DNA of 64,000 bases, taken from NCBI GenBank assembly GCA_010909165.1, contig MU008162.1:496001-560000 (forward strand), in the 5' to 3' direction. Positions 24,681-40,692 of the stretch are shown in pieces. The notes beneath the pieces are model-generated. The model was given only the letters and a program-made list of their open reading frames with translations, did not search any database and was not told the origin of the DNA. The DNA is from Anthoceros angustus. Its lineage: Eukaryota > Plantae > Anthocerotophyta. Both the position numbers and the translations under genes were made by a program. Every line of letters begins with the position of its first letter. Position 1 is the stretch's first letter.

Positions 24681-25750
24681 GAGGATGCAAGGTGCTCTTC
24701 AAAACCGCAAGTTATGGAGAATCACGAGTGGTGATGAAACCAAACCTGCGGGAGCTTCTGATTCGGATGCTGTTGAAGCATGGTGAGTCAAGAACGACGC
24801 AGCCATGTATCTTATACGCAGTGGCCTAACATCTGATATGTTGAGGCAGACTGGTGGGGCTAAGTCAGCAGTAGAGATTTGGAAGCGGTTGAAGAACCTA
24901 TATGCAGCATGCAATCACACGAGCGTGATGCCTGTGTCGAGACACTTCCAGAATTATAGGATGATGGAAAGTTACTCAATTAAAAAACATGTCGGAGTGT
25001 TCAGAACCTTAGCTTCAAAGGTTGAAGGATCTTCAGGAGATCTTTTGTCTGAAGGGGAGTTGACTGTTAGACTCCTCATCTCCTTACTAGAATCGTGGTC
25101 ACAAAATAATCCCACACAACTGCACAAACACAAGCTAAGAAGTTAGTTGAAGCTGCAAATATTCCTCTCCCAGTAACGAATTTTGCAAAGCTAGCGGGAA
25201 CATTGCTTGAAGAAGAAGCAACTAGAAGCCAACATGCATGCAATCACACGAGCGTGATGCCTGTCGGACACTTCAATTATAGGATGATGGAAAGTTACTC
25301 AATTAAAAACATGTCGGAGTGTTCAGAACCTTAGCTTCAAAGGTTGAAGGATCTTCAGGAGATCTTTTGTCCGAAGGGAGTTGGTATTAGACTCCTCATC
25401 TCCTTACTAGAATCGTGGTCACAAAATAATCCCACACAACTGCACAAACACAAGCTAAGAAGTTAGTTGAAGCTGCAAATATTCCTCTCCCAGTAACGAA
25501 TTTTGCAAAGCTAGCGGGAACATTGCTTGAAGAAGAAGCAACTAGAAGCCAACACAGGCATGCAGGTAAACAACAAGCCCTGTACACGTCTAACCAAGGA
25601 AGAAGTGCAAGAGCGAACTTCCGAGGTTCTTCTAGCACTAAGAAAGGAGGAGGCTCGCAAGGAGCTCCTGCCAACAAGAAAGCTAAGAAACCAGATACTT
25701 GCATTTGGTCTAAGTTACCTAAACATTGGGAGCATGATAAGAAGCAATAT
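24660..25750 (+). mobile_element. Ty1/copia gag fragment, with ~325-bp internal duplication (24908-25234 / 25235-25551)
   Basis: WVMRMQGALQNRKLWRITSGDETKP...AW*VKNDAAMYLI...KSAVEIWKRLKNLY...YRMMESYSIKKHV...LLISLLESW, then a degenerate zinc knuckle TCIWSKLPKHWEHD. Confidence 0.8.
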
Positions 25751-26501
25751 AATTAATTAAATTAACATATAATTAAATCTAGGGCTAGGTTGAATATCAA
25801 TACCGTTTCATTAGGTTACTCATATTTATAAATATTATAAGTTATAAATAAAAAAGAATCAGTAAAAGAAAAAAATAATCACCTATAATAGATTTCTTCT
25901 TCTTCTCAACTGCTGTAGATAAAATAAACTCACATTTTATTTTTGACCATGTATATCCACCGATAACCTAAGGATAAGAGTGAATGATCCTCCCTTCAAG
26001 GTGATATTCAAGATATGAGTTCATTGAAACTCCACACTTAAACATCCTTGGGACAGATCAGTGCTTAGATGGGGTCCCAACTTCATGGCCCTACGAGACC
26101 ACCTGATGTAAAAACCTCATGCCCTCGGCTTCGTAACGAACCCATGTCCTCATCTCCGCAGACATATTTAACAACCTCAATCGTGACGAGATAGGTATGG
26201 CATAAAAACCCTAAACCTAATTGTAAAGATAATAACTTGAAAACTCATGTTTCACACGAGAAAATGAGCAAAGAGACAGAAAGTGCGCTGAGTTATCATG
26301 CCACTAGGATGTACCAGTGAAAACGTCAAAAACGTTCTGTACGCTGTAAAAAATAAAAGATCAAATAAAATATGGAATCTTCGTAAGTATGCATTCGACA
26401 ACAAAAGGCAGGCATGGTCGGGGCTGATTACTACTGGGATGGGGTGTTTACCCAACAACGAAGCGTGTCAGAGGCTAATGACTACTGGGATGGGGTAAGT
26501 A

Positions 26502-27561
26502 GTACCTATTTTTTTCGAGGACCGAGGGTTCATAAAAGGTCCGGTTTAAAATGAGTAAATTACTTAATTTTATATCCAAGGATTTATATTTATTATGGAC
26601 ACATGGACCCATCTTATAATTGGTATTGTCATAAAGACACTTACCATGGATCCATGGGCTATGTCTTTATTTATCTAATACCATCCATGGCCCATTAATA
26701 CAGCCTTTATTCTATGAGATTTTATTAGCTTATTTTGATACATCTATAAAGTCATGGAGTGTATGAAGGTTTTGTAATATCTGACTACTCTGAAAGTAAA
26801 CTAAGTTCTTGTATTGCTAGTGCTAACAAATATGCTTTAGCTGTTATTGATGCAGTGAATAATAAGTTTCCTTATCTTTGTGTGTTGCATGCTTGTCGTC
26901 TATTCAGTCCTAAATTTTATCCTGAGGATGCAGATGAGCGTATACAATTACTTAATAGTTTGTTAGAGGTATTGTTGAAAAAGTTTGGAACTAACTCTTT
27001 GGATGCAAATACTAATGTTGTCGACCCTTTTGTAGTTGATGAGGTGTGTCAAGCTGAGTTGCTAACATTTGTGTCCATGTTGAAGTCTTCTTGTGCTGGA
27101 TTGAGTATGTTAGCAGCTTACAAAATATACTCAACAACTCGGGAGTGGGTAGTACTAACACCCTCTATGTTACGTCTTTGGGAATTATGTTTGGTCATAC
27201 CTTGTAGTACTGCTATATGTGAGCGGGGATTTTCTAAACAAAACTTTGTGATGAATAACATGAGAACTAATCTTAATATTTTGACCCTTGATGCATTAAT
27301 GAGTATATTTATCGATAGTCTGCCTGTTAAGAAGATAGATTGGAATGGTATTTTTAAAGCTTGGAAAGACCAGCCCCGACGATAGAATATATTAGACATT
27401 TATATTTTATATTATTATTTATAAGTTATTTATTTAATATTTATTATATTTAGTGACCAAGGGTCGCAAAAAGGCACGGTCCCTGCTCGGTCCGGGACCG
27501 GGCGTAGCCAGGCTAGGCGGTCCCGGGGACTGAGATAGTACTCGGTCAAAATGACACCCTG
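26502..27561 (+). mobile_element. Deleted hAT DNA transposon retaining the C-terminal dimerisation domain
   Basis: ORF 26759-27385 contains PSMLRLWELCLVIPCSTAICERGFSKQNFV.NNMRTNL...LDALM. The right end ...ACACCCTG is followed by GTAAGTAC, and GTAAGTA is also at the left flank (26495-26501). Confidence 0.8.
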
Positions 27562-27965
27562 GTAAGTACCTCCAGAATGAAGCTTGTCTGGGGCTGACAA
27601 TGACTACTGGGATGGGATTCTTACCCCAAGAACGAAGCTTCTAAGAGCTGGGGACCTCTGAAAACGTCTATCAAAGCATTGCTCAATTCAAAAATAGGGT
27701 GAAGGGAACCTGGAACAGACAGGAATGGGAAGACACTACATTATACACAACATTTGCATTTTCAATGGCAAATATACATCTGGACAGGAGACTCCGTTGC
27801 ATATTAACAATCACTCACCTTGACTGATGTCCCCTAAAAAATTGGCACAAGAAGCTGCTAGTTTTAATGCGCTACAGGGGAACAACAGCCGCTACCTATG
27901 TACTGATGCCGAATTCCGACGGCCGCCATATGTATGTCACACTTATTGTTGTTCAAGGCTCCACC

Positions 27966-29381
27966 CTAAGTCGCTGGTTGGCTGCCAAAAACAAGGGAAT
28001 AGATGCAGCAAAATCCGTTGCTCCAACAAACCGAGAGTAGCATCCCCTGCTTCGGCTTTTTGCTTTCATGGAAAGCAAATGCCACGGGCCTCACCCCGCC
28101 CTCTGGAGCTGACACAAAGCCCAAGAGTGACACAGATACAATCGGTGACTGCCGCACTTCATAAATGGCCACAAGCCCTGACGAGGCTTGCGCCTCGCCA
28201 GCACTGCAGGATACCGCCAACTGCTTTCCAGTACTGTTCCAGACAATCTTGTCAATGTTACAAAACCCTCCCGTGATGCTGTGAAGACCAGGCAAATCCA
28301 ATGGCAACCAATGCACATCCAGTGATGGAGGCCTGGCAGCAAAGTGGAAGGCTGCTAGAGTTGATGACTGGTCAAAAGCAGCTAGGAGAACTCGTCCATC
28401 TGGGCTCCAAGCAGCATTCACAAGGCTCCCCTGAGACGTAGTCCACGGCTGGGAGGTCCAGCTATAGGTTTCCCACAGATGAAATGCTCCACTGGCCTTC
28501 GATGACATCAAATAATCTCCATTCGGAGCCCATTTTAGCAGCGAAACCCCGCCGAGCCCCCGCCTGAGAGGAGTGCCTTCCCCTAACGACACATCCCACA
28601 CCGTAAAAGAAGAATCCTGCAGCGAGGATGATGCCAGAAGCCTCCCGCACGAACTCCACGACAAGCAGGTCACCGGCGTCCGCGAATTCCCCTTCAAGAA
28701 ATCAACAACCACCCACCGCGCCCCAGACGCACTCAGCAGCGTCCCGGTAAAAGCCGGGTTCCCCGTCCGCACCGGAGCTATGTTCCCAGGATAAGACGCC
28801 GTCCAAATCACAATCCCTTCTCTACACGCAACAGACAGCGTCGCTCCGGCATTCGGACGCCACTCCACGGCCTCCACCCCCTTCTGACTCTCCTTGTGCA
28901 CCAGCGTGACAGGCTCCCGAGACCCGGGATCCTCGAAGTCCTGCACCAGGACCTGGTCGTCACTCCCGATGAAAGCCAGCCACAGCTTCCTCCTGTGCCA
29001 ACTCACAGCCTGCAGCCTCTCTGCCTTGTGCGGCTCCGTCGTCAGCAACAAGCTCCGGAACTTGGATGAGATCACCTTCACCTTCTCCGCGACGTGCATT
29101 CCCTTCGCCAATAGCCCCGGCTCACCTCCCTCCCCCTCCGCTCCCCGCAGCCCGCCATTCTCATCGTGCACCAATTCCTCCACCGTCCTCGCCTCCTCTC
29201 TCACGTGATCCCGCGCAAACAAAGGGGAAGCCTCACTCACCACCGCCTTCACCTGCTCCACCTGGTACGCGATCTTCGGATACATCCGAGTGCCGTAGGG
29301 GGACAACCCGCTGCCATCGCCACCAGCCAGGCCCGAGCCAAGCCTGAATTCGGGGGAGAACCGGCTGGCCGCACCCGGCAT
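27966..29381 (-). CDS. ALADIN: ALADIN (AAAS) WD40 nucleoporin, intronless
   Basis: LQAVSWH...AF...DQV, EWRPNAGATLSVACREGIVIW.ASYPGN.APVR, LASSS..DSSFTVWDVSLGEGTPLRRGLGGVSLLKWAP, F.LWET.SWTSQPW, HFAARPPSLDVH. Confidence 0.9.
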   Translation of the reverse strand: MPGAASRFSPEFRLGSGLAGGDGSGLSPYGTRMYPKIAYQVEQVKAVVSEASPLFARDHVREEARTVEELVHDENGGLRGAEGEGGEPGLLAKGMHVAEKVKVISSKFRSLLLTTEPHKAERLQAVSWHRRKLWLAFIGSDDQVLVQDFEDPGSREPVTLVHKESQKGVEAVEWRPNAGATLSVACREGIVIWTASYPGNIAPVRTGNPAFTGTLLSASGARWVVVDFLKGNSRTPVTCLSWSSCGRLLASSSLQDSSFTVWDVSLGEGTPLRRGLGGVSLLKWAPNGDYLMSSKASGAFHLWETYSWTSQPWTTSQGSLVNAAWSPDGRVLLAAFDQSSTLAAFHFAARPPSLDVHWLPLDLPGLHSITGGFCNIDKIVWNSTGKQLAVSCSAGEAQASSGLVAIYEVRQSPIVSVSLLGFVSAPEGGVRPVAFAFHESKKPKQGMLLSVCWSNGFCCIYSLVFGSQPAT

Positions 29382-29684
29382 CTTCACAGGACGATATTCT
29401 CTTCTCTTCTGCGCCTTCCACAGCGCAGTCTTCCCGCTATGTTCCAGGCCGACCTCGAGAACACAGCGGCGGGAAATCACACAAATCGTTCAAACCCTTT
29501 CCCAGACTCGGGTTACCAGGTAACGGAACGGGGTTGGGGAACGGGAACCCTCAAGCCCTAACGGGTCCAAACCCTCCGACGGACGGGCTGAGCGATGAGC
29601 TCGGGACGGTGAAGGAGGATTGCTGTGAGCTGCGTGCTCGGCTTCAGGTGCAGCAGCTTCTCGGTTGTTTCCAGGCATGCTGGG

Positions 29685-31072
29685 ATGGCAGCAGCCTGTT
29701 TGAGGCGGTTGGCGCAGAATTACAGTCCGTCGGGCTGGAGTTTCTGTGCCAGGCCGACGCGCCAGCTGCTGGATTGGCAAGGACTGGGTCCGGTGAGAGA
29801 GCTTGCATGTGCAGCTCTTGAGGAGGTTGGGAAGGAGAGCGAGCTTCGGAATGGGCCTATCATTGAAGCTAAGCCGCGGGATATGGGGAAGAACTCGCAC
29901 AGAACGGGGCTGATAGCTGTGAAATGTGGGATGACTGCGGTGTGGGATAAATGGGGGAAGCGGATTCCTCTGACTGTGCTTTGGGTGGATGATAACCATG
30001 TCATTCAAGTGAAGACTTTGGAGCACCATGGGCACACTGCAATGCAAGTATGTGGTACCTGGGCAGGGGAATTTTTTCTGGGGACAGGCTAGGTCAGTGA
30101 GGTGTAATTGGTGCCATGTTGAATTGCCGGGAGGTAAGAGTGCATTCTGCAGATCGGTGCAGGGCAAAAGAAGGCGAAGCAGCTGACGAGGCCAGAGCTG
30201 GGCCACTTCAGAGCGCATGGTGTTCCGTTGAAGCGCAAGCTTGTTGAGTTCCCTGTCACGGAAGATGCTTTGCTGCCTGTGGGCACCGCACTCAGCGTGC
30301 GGCATTTCTTGCCTGGGCAATTCATTGACGTGACTGGGATAACCGTAGGGAAAGGATTCCAGGCGAGTGCTTTGTTGTTGGCTCACGCATTGGCATGTTG
30401 AGAGCAGCGATCCTTGATGTGAAGGAATTGACAAGGTATTGTTTTTTCTCTAGGGTGGAATGAAAAGGTGGGGATTTGCTGGAATGCCTGCTTCTCATGG
30501 AGCATCTCTTTCCCATCGTAGTCTAGGTTCAACGGGTGGGCGTCAAGATCCTGGCAAGGTGCCTTTCCTGCTCTGTTACTCTGCGCCATGCTGGTAGCTG
30601 CAGGTCAGCAGGAGATGCTGGGAATCAATCAGAATTCCGTTCTTCCGTGGAGCAAATGCAGGTGCCCTCAAGTGCTGACTCGTAGCTGTGGTGCAGGTCT
30701 TCAAGGGCAAAAAGATGGCAGGACACATGGGAGCTGCACAGAGGACTGTAAAGAACGTTTGGATCTACAAAATAGATCCCGAGAAAAGTCTGCTCATGGT
30801 TCGTGGCCAGGTAATATTTGTCACAGCTATGTGGGACAAGTTTCATTTGCCTGGTTACCTGTGCTTGGGAGGAGCTGACATACCACCCTGCTACAATGCA
30901 GGTACCTGGACACAATGGTAATTTTGTGTGGCTTCGTGATGCTTTTTTTAAAAGGCCGGATTCGACGAAAACTCCGTTTCCCACTTACTTTCCATCTCCT
31001 GACGAGGACTTATCATCGTTGCAACCCTTAATCGCCGATTTTGGAGAGGTAGACCCTTTTATGAATGATTAG
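29685..31072 (+). CDS. Mitochondrial 50S ribosomal protein uL3m; exons 29685-30047, 30153-30362, 30454-30558, 30697-30810, 30902-31072
   Basis: [53 protein letters not shown]|[18 protein letters not shown]|[14 protein letters not shown]|VPG. N-terminal transit-like peptide. Confidence 0.93.
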
Positions 31073-31439
31073 AGTGGTGGGTGGGAATGGCGCAGTTTTG
31101 ACGCACTTCAGCTGATTGAATGATGTATTACGGCCTTTCGAGAGTTTATGCGAGTTTAATGTCAGAAAAATCAAGGAAGCAATTTTGAAGCTGGCGCTTG
31201 TTTGGCCGGGATCACTTTGGTGCTTGCCGGTAGGGGACAGCACCTCCCAATAGAGCGGAAGTTCTTACTCAGGTGTCCATGAAGTAAGAAGAACATAGAA
31301 GTAGTCAAGCGGTATTAAACTGTTAAACAATTATGAGTAATTTACAATAAGTATGCGCTTAGGGAATAACCATCTATATTGAGGGCAAAGATGATGGGGG
31401 AGAGATCTTGAGGACATCAAAAGGCAGACCCTATCGATC

Positions 31440-31960
31440 TCGCTAAAGGGGAGCAGCAACCCCTATACATATAGTCATCCAAGGGGAAGCTGCAATCTCC
31501 ATATACAAAGTCATTCAAGGGAGCAGCAATCCCCATACATATAGTCATCCAAGGGGAAGCTGCAATCTCCATATACAAAGTCATTCAAGGGAGCAGCAAT
31601 CCCCATACATATAGTCATCCAAGGGGAAGCTGCAATCTCCATACACAAAGTTATTCAAGGGGGAGCAGCAAGCTCCGGACACTAAGTCATGCAAGGGTCG
31701 TGTTAAAGAGGAAAACCAAGCTCCATACATAAATCATACTCTAATTCATGCAAGGGTTGTGTTAAAGAGGAAAACCAAGCTCCATACATAAGTCATCAGT
31801 TAAAGAGGAGCAGCAAACTCCATACATAAAGTCATCAAAGAGGAGCAGCAAGCGTCATACAAAGGAAAACCAAGCTCCATACATAAGTCATCAGTTAAAG
31901 AGGAGCAGCAAGCTCCATACATAAAGTCATCAAAGAGGAGCAGCAAGCGCCATACAAAGG
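31440..31960. repeat. Minisatellite of ~33-37 bp units with a higher-order ~69 bp dimer
   Basis: Variants of ccatacat(a)aagtcatc(c)aa(g)(g)ggagcagcaa. Confidence 0.85.
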
Positions 31961-32640
31961 ATCGTTGTTGCAAGTGCATGTTGGAGGGTGTCCATTGCCT
32001 ACATACTATAGATGTAAAGGAGAGCATCGCTTGCTATTGTTGCCTTATGAAGGTTCCCCACTGCAATGCTCATCAAAGGGTAATGAACACCAATGGACAC
32101 CTGTTTGTCGGAAAAATGTCATGAAAATGTTCATGTTAAGTTCGATGCAAGCCTCCATACATTTATCAAAGTGCTCAGCCATCGTCCCATACTAGGGAAG
32201 CGGAGGGAAGAGATGGCCTGCTTGTATCCCATCGTATTTCTTGATTTTGAGAGCCGCTACTGTAGTTGCCGCCCAACCTGGACAGTTAGTAATGACCAGG
32301 TGCCAGTCACATGTAAGGTCATCGACCACCACGTCCGCCGACACTTGGTCATCGCAAATCAGGCACAAGTCAGTCCTGAATGTCCGACCTATAGAAAGAG
32401 TGTACCAACGCTCCCTCGGCCTTACAGCCACATGAACTTAACTTCTCTATTGATAAAGAATTATCATTTTACTCATGAGGTATCTATAAAGAGGAAGAGC
32501 GTAAGAGTTTCTCTCATCTTCTAGGGCCATGTCAACTTAACTTCTCTATTGATAAAGAATTATCATTTTACTCATGAGGTATCTACAAAGAGGAAGAGTG
32601 TAAGAGTTTCTCTCATCTTCTAGGGCCATGTCGGCAACAT
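31960..32640 (-). mobile_element. CRE-like LINE endonuclease fragment
   Basis: RTDLCLICDDQVSADVVVDDLT...PGWAATTVAALKIKKYDG.QAGHLFPPL...YGTM..HFD...FFRQ.QVSI..LQHALATTIL. A ~96-bp duplication lies at 32436-32630. Confidence 0.6.
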
Positions 32641-33537
32641 CCATATTTTCAAATTCAATATTTAATAATTATCACTTATTAGGTTAGAATTAATTAATAC
32701 CTATTTAATATCTTATTATATAATTTATCAACCAAAATATATCTTAGGAAGGATGAACAATTGTAGTCCATCACTTGGAGATCTTTTTACAATAATATTA
32801 GGACCACTAGCTGTGTATGGTTGAGTTCATTCCTTGCCAAAATATATAATAGTGAATAATAATTTTCAGCTTCTATGATATAGTAAGTAATCTTTCATGG
32901 TAACCCTCTCTAATAATTTTAGTACCCTACCCTAAACCAATTATGTTGGGACACTTCCCCCATGCTGTACCCAATTATGGCACGGAAGACTTGTACATTA
33001 TGCACAATAACCTACCTCTGTCTCCAAACAATTCTAAAGGCAATGGAGACTTTATTAAAAAGAAGAGATGGGAAAACCCATCTACCGCAAACCGAGAGGG
33101 GATAACCCACTAAAGGGCTAAGAGCTAGGGGAGCTAGCCCCCACGAATGCCAACCCCGAAGCTATCTACCACTCGATTATGTCGTGGTCCAAGATGAGGA
33201 ACAAACAAACAAACTATTGCGAATCCCATGTGAAATTAGTTTCAAAAAGAGATGAAAATGCTAGAGAAAACAATATCTTCTAGTAAAAACAATACCCCAA
33301 AAGAATTATATCAAATAGATGTCATGGATTAGGAAGGTATTGGGCTTAGCTTAGTCCTTGTGACTCTAAGAGCCCCAGCCTTAGCTGAGCAAGAAGAAGA
33401 ACGAAGTGAAGACTTTTCAAAGAATTCGAAGAAAGTATTTTCAATGACTTGGAAGAAAGTCTTTTCAATGACTTATTAAAGGATTTTAGAATTAATAGAA
33501 ATATTTATATTTAATTATTCGCTACGTAGTTGCAAAT

Positions 33538-33608
33538 GCACCGGTGGTCTAGTGGTAGAATAGTACCCTGCCACGGTACAGACCCGGGTTCGATTCCCGG
33601 CCGGTGCA
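33538..33608 (+). tRNA. tRNA-Gly(GCC)
   Basis: GCACCGGTGGTCTAGTGGTAGAATAGTACCCTGCCACGGTACAGACCCGGGTTCGATTCCCGGCCGGTGCA. Confidence 0.97.
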
Positions 33609-33642
33609 CATTCAGTAACTGGAATTCACTCTCTACGCAAGG

Positions 33643-33764
33643 GAAACCTTTTAGGTAGACGAGTCGGAAACATTTAGGTGGACGAGGCGGAAAAGAGACT
33701 AAGAAACCTTTTAGGTAGACGAGTCGGAAACATTTAGGTGGACGAGGCGGAAAAGAGACTAAGA
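33643..33764. repeat. 60-bp tandem duplication
   Basis: gaaaccttttaggtagacgagtcggaaacatttaggtggacgaggcggaaaagagactaa x2. Confidence 0.9.
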
Positions 33765-33952
33765 CCTGGGACTCGAGGTTGATGGTGTGGGTTAGTTTCT
33801 TCACGGAGGTTTTCGAAAGTGATAAATATCGGCAGATCACGACGACAAGAGGGAGTCCGGGCAAACACAGATGATAAAAAGGAAATGTCAACTCCGGACA
33901 ATCAAGGATTGTGTGAAATAATTATGTTACAGATCCTAGGGACAAAGCCTAA

Positions 33953-37993
<4,041 letters not shown>

Positions 37994-38589
37994 GGACGCT
38001 TCCTGTGGCCCTCGTCCGCCACAGCCGTGTGAAGAGGCAAGAAGCCAGCAGCTGAGAGCAACCAGTTAATCCTTTCCCCGATAACTCTCTGCCTGCCTGT
38101 AAGCCATTGGACGCACATAATGTGGGTGCTTGCAGGCAAACAGCGGGTAAAACAGGAGACGAATGAATCAAAACTCAACATCGACGTGGCTTGTTGTTGG
38201 CTCGAGGTTGTACACACACAGATTGTCCAGAACCTTGGAAAAAAAAAACAAAAAAAACAACTATGTACCAAATCCACTATGTAGGAAGTCCTAACCGCAC
38301 CTCCGAGATAATTTAGATAGATTTTTAATTATATAATTATTATTATATAATTCTTAATATTTTCAAATCTATTTTAAGAGTATTGATCAAAATCATAAAA
38401 GGGTTTCACTTAGGACAGATCTATTTTTAACCCGGGGGATCATGTTTCGGTTGCTAATGTGGTTGTAACCGATTCCACATGGGACAATGTTTACGAACAT
38501 GTTATTCTTAACCCCCAGGATTTCAAAACTACCAACCACACGAAGAACTTCGTGGTCAGGGATGTGAAAAGGCCTACTTAACACCAATG

Positions 38590-38915
38590 TCGAAGAAGCT
38601 GCATCTCCGCTGCTCAGACATACATGCTATTAACGCCTTTGCGAGCGATGGAAACCCTCTGCCGGAAGAAAGCAACAATACAGGAAAGAGGGAGGCCAAC
38701 CCCATTCTTGCGGTTATGATAAGCCTTGGCGCAGGCCATGACGAACCTAGAGAAATCCTTTCCCATGGCTCCGTGAGTCTCAATGGCAAGGGGGACGAAG
38801 GCGTGGCCGTCCTACATAGGAGAGTACTTGTGGACCTTAGTCGTCGCGCATCCCTCCGCCGCGGTGATCGTCGGGGCTAGTCCCCCTGGCATGGTGCCCT
38901 TCGTTGGGTTTTCCC
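38590..38915 (-). mobile_element. CRE-like LINE endonuclease C-terminal fragment (best-preserved copy)
   Basis: AAEGCATTKVHKYSPM*DGHAFVPLAIETHGAMGKDFSRFVMACAKAYHNRKNGVGLPLSCIVAFFRQRVSIA. Confidence 0.7.
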
Positions 38916-39184
38916 CCCTTTGTTTTTGGGGTGGATGGGTTTTTCCCATCTCTTTTTTATAATAGAGTCTTCTTTTCCAAATCATAAAATATTTCATCAA
39001 TTCTTGGTTTGAAGAATGAAGTCAATGTTTCTTCATGATCACATGACCACAAATAATTTATGACAAAAATGGAGACTTTATAAATTTGCAAAGGTAGACA
39101 TCTTATCTGCACCTGACCATGGGAAACAACCCTCTGAAGGGCACAGACAAATACATTACCCAGATTCTTAAGTTGAAAGATCCC

Positions 39185-39270
39185 ATACAGACCCCGGAGC
39201 GCCGGTGGTTCAGGTGGAAATCGCCGGGTGCGTGATCAAAAACGTACCACTGGACACAAGCTCGGGAGCG
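39185..39270 (+). mobile_element. Short retroviral-type aspartic protease remnant
   Basis: DPGAPVVQVEIAGCVIKNVPLDTSSGA. Confidence 0.4.
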
Positions 39271-39950
39271 CCCGTGATAGGCTCCTCGCTGCTAAGGCAG
39301 AGCCTACAATTGTGTCGTGTCTAGAGGAAAAATCCTTGGAAATATATGGAAACCATAGGAAGGCAACCCTTTGTTCCACGAGTCTTGACGTGACAAAGCT
39401 TGCGTCCTTCAAGTTCGGCACCAGATCTCAGGAAGGTGGGGCCGGCAATGGTCTCTCCAGCGCTTAGTTGGAGAAACTATATTTCAATATAAATAGATCC
39501 CATTCTTAGACATGAATTAAAAAGAGAGATATTATCAATTTAAGAAAAGTTTGATAAAGATTAAATATATTTTAAATTAAAAAACTCACATTAAGAGTTT
39601 GTGCTAGAATAAAAGATTATATAAATAATGCCATAAACATGAAAACCATGTGAATGCAAATTCAAAGAGGGTGAAGCTGCATCTATGTTGACAAACAAAG
39701 TAAAGATTGTGATAATGATCAGAAGTAGATTGCACTTGTGTTTGAGAGCAAGAGGTATGCAGCAAAGACTCTATGTTGACAAACAAAGCAAGGATATTTG
39801 TGACACAAGAGCAAGAGGTATGGAAGGAAGACTTTCGATAATTTGAAGATGAAGTTAAAGAATATGCAGAGGGACTTAAAAACAGTGGTATAACTAGAAT
39901 GAGACATGAACTCATAAGAATCACTTCAGCTTGTCTCTTGCTACAGAATT

Positions 39951-40032
39951 TGTAGCAATGCGAACGATGCTGGGCCACAGGAAGCATCGATGAATATGCT
40001 TCTTGTGGCCCCTCGTCGTTCGCATTGCTACA
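39951..40032. repeat. Long inverted repeat (37-bp arms, 8-nt loop)
   Basis: tgtagcaatgcgaacgatgctgggccacaggaagcat-cgatgaat-atgcttcttgtggcccctcgtcgttcgcattgctaca. Confidence 0.9.
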
Positions 40033-40100
40033 GAAATTGCTAGAGAATTTGTTTCCGCGTAGATGGTCAAAGATCTCTTATACAACCTGGAGAAACCAAC

Positions 40101-40202
40101 TTAAAAAAGAAGCAAACTAGCAAACGAACTTAGAAAAGGAAGCAAACTAGCAAACGACTTTAAAAAAGGAATCAAACTAGCAAACGAACTTAAAAAAGGA
40201 GC
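40101..40202. repeat. ~30-bp tandem repeat x3
   Basis: aaaaggaagcaaactagcaaacgaactt variants. Confidence 0.85.
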
Positions 40203-40692
40203 TTGACATGGAAGAATAATAAGTCGTCCAAAATTCGCCCATTCGAAGTTTGAGAGAAAAATAAAGAGGCGCCCGACCGCGGGCCACGAGACGTCCGGGA
40301 GACGTTGGGCTGCGAGTCGTGAGGGAGAGCGAGCTACTTGGAGCGTGGTGCTGCGCTGTGTGTTCTGAAGGCAATCTGGAAGCCCATAGGTAGGTGCTCC
40401 ATATGTCAAAAGCTGGGGACATAACGTTCAGGTGAATGGCACAGGCATAGTGACTGCGGCAGGAAGTCCCGTGGTTGAGGCTTGTTCTCAGCTGGTGGGT
40501 AGCAGTCTTCGGTAACTGGGCGTGCCCTTGATTTTCTAGGGTTTGGTGTGGAGGAGGCTCCAGCTGATATGGTACTACAGGGTTGTGGAACAATAGTGTG
40601 ACAGGGTAGCGTGAAGAGAGGAGTGTCTTGTCTATGTGGCAAGAATCGGAATCGAAGCATCGTAGTTTGACTCTGGTGAATTCGTCGACGAA

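Noticed and set aside
33609-33655. tRNA-Gly-snoRNA dicistron (the first TTTT is ~40 nt after the tRNA)
   Set aside because: No C box (TGATGA) or D box (CTGA) in the trailer.
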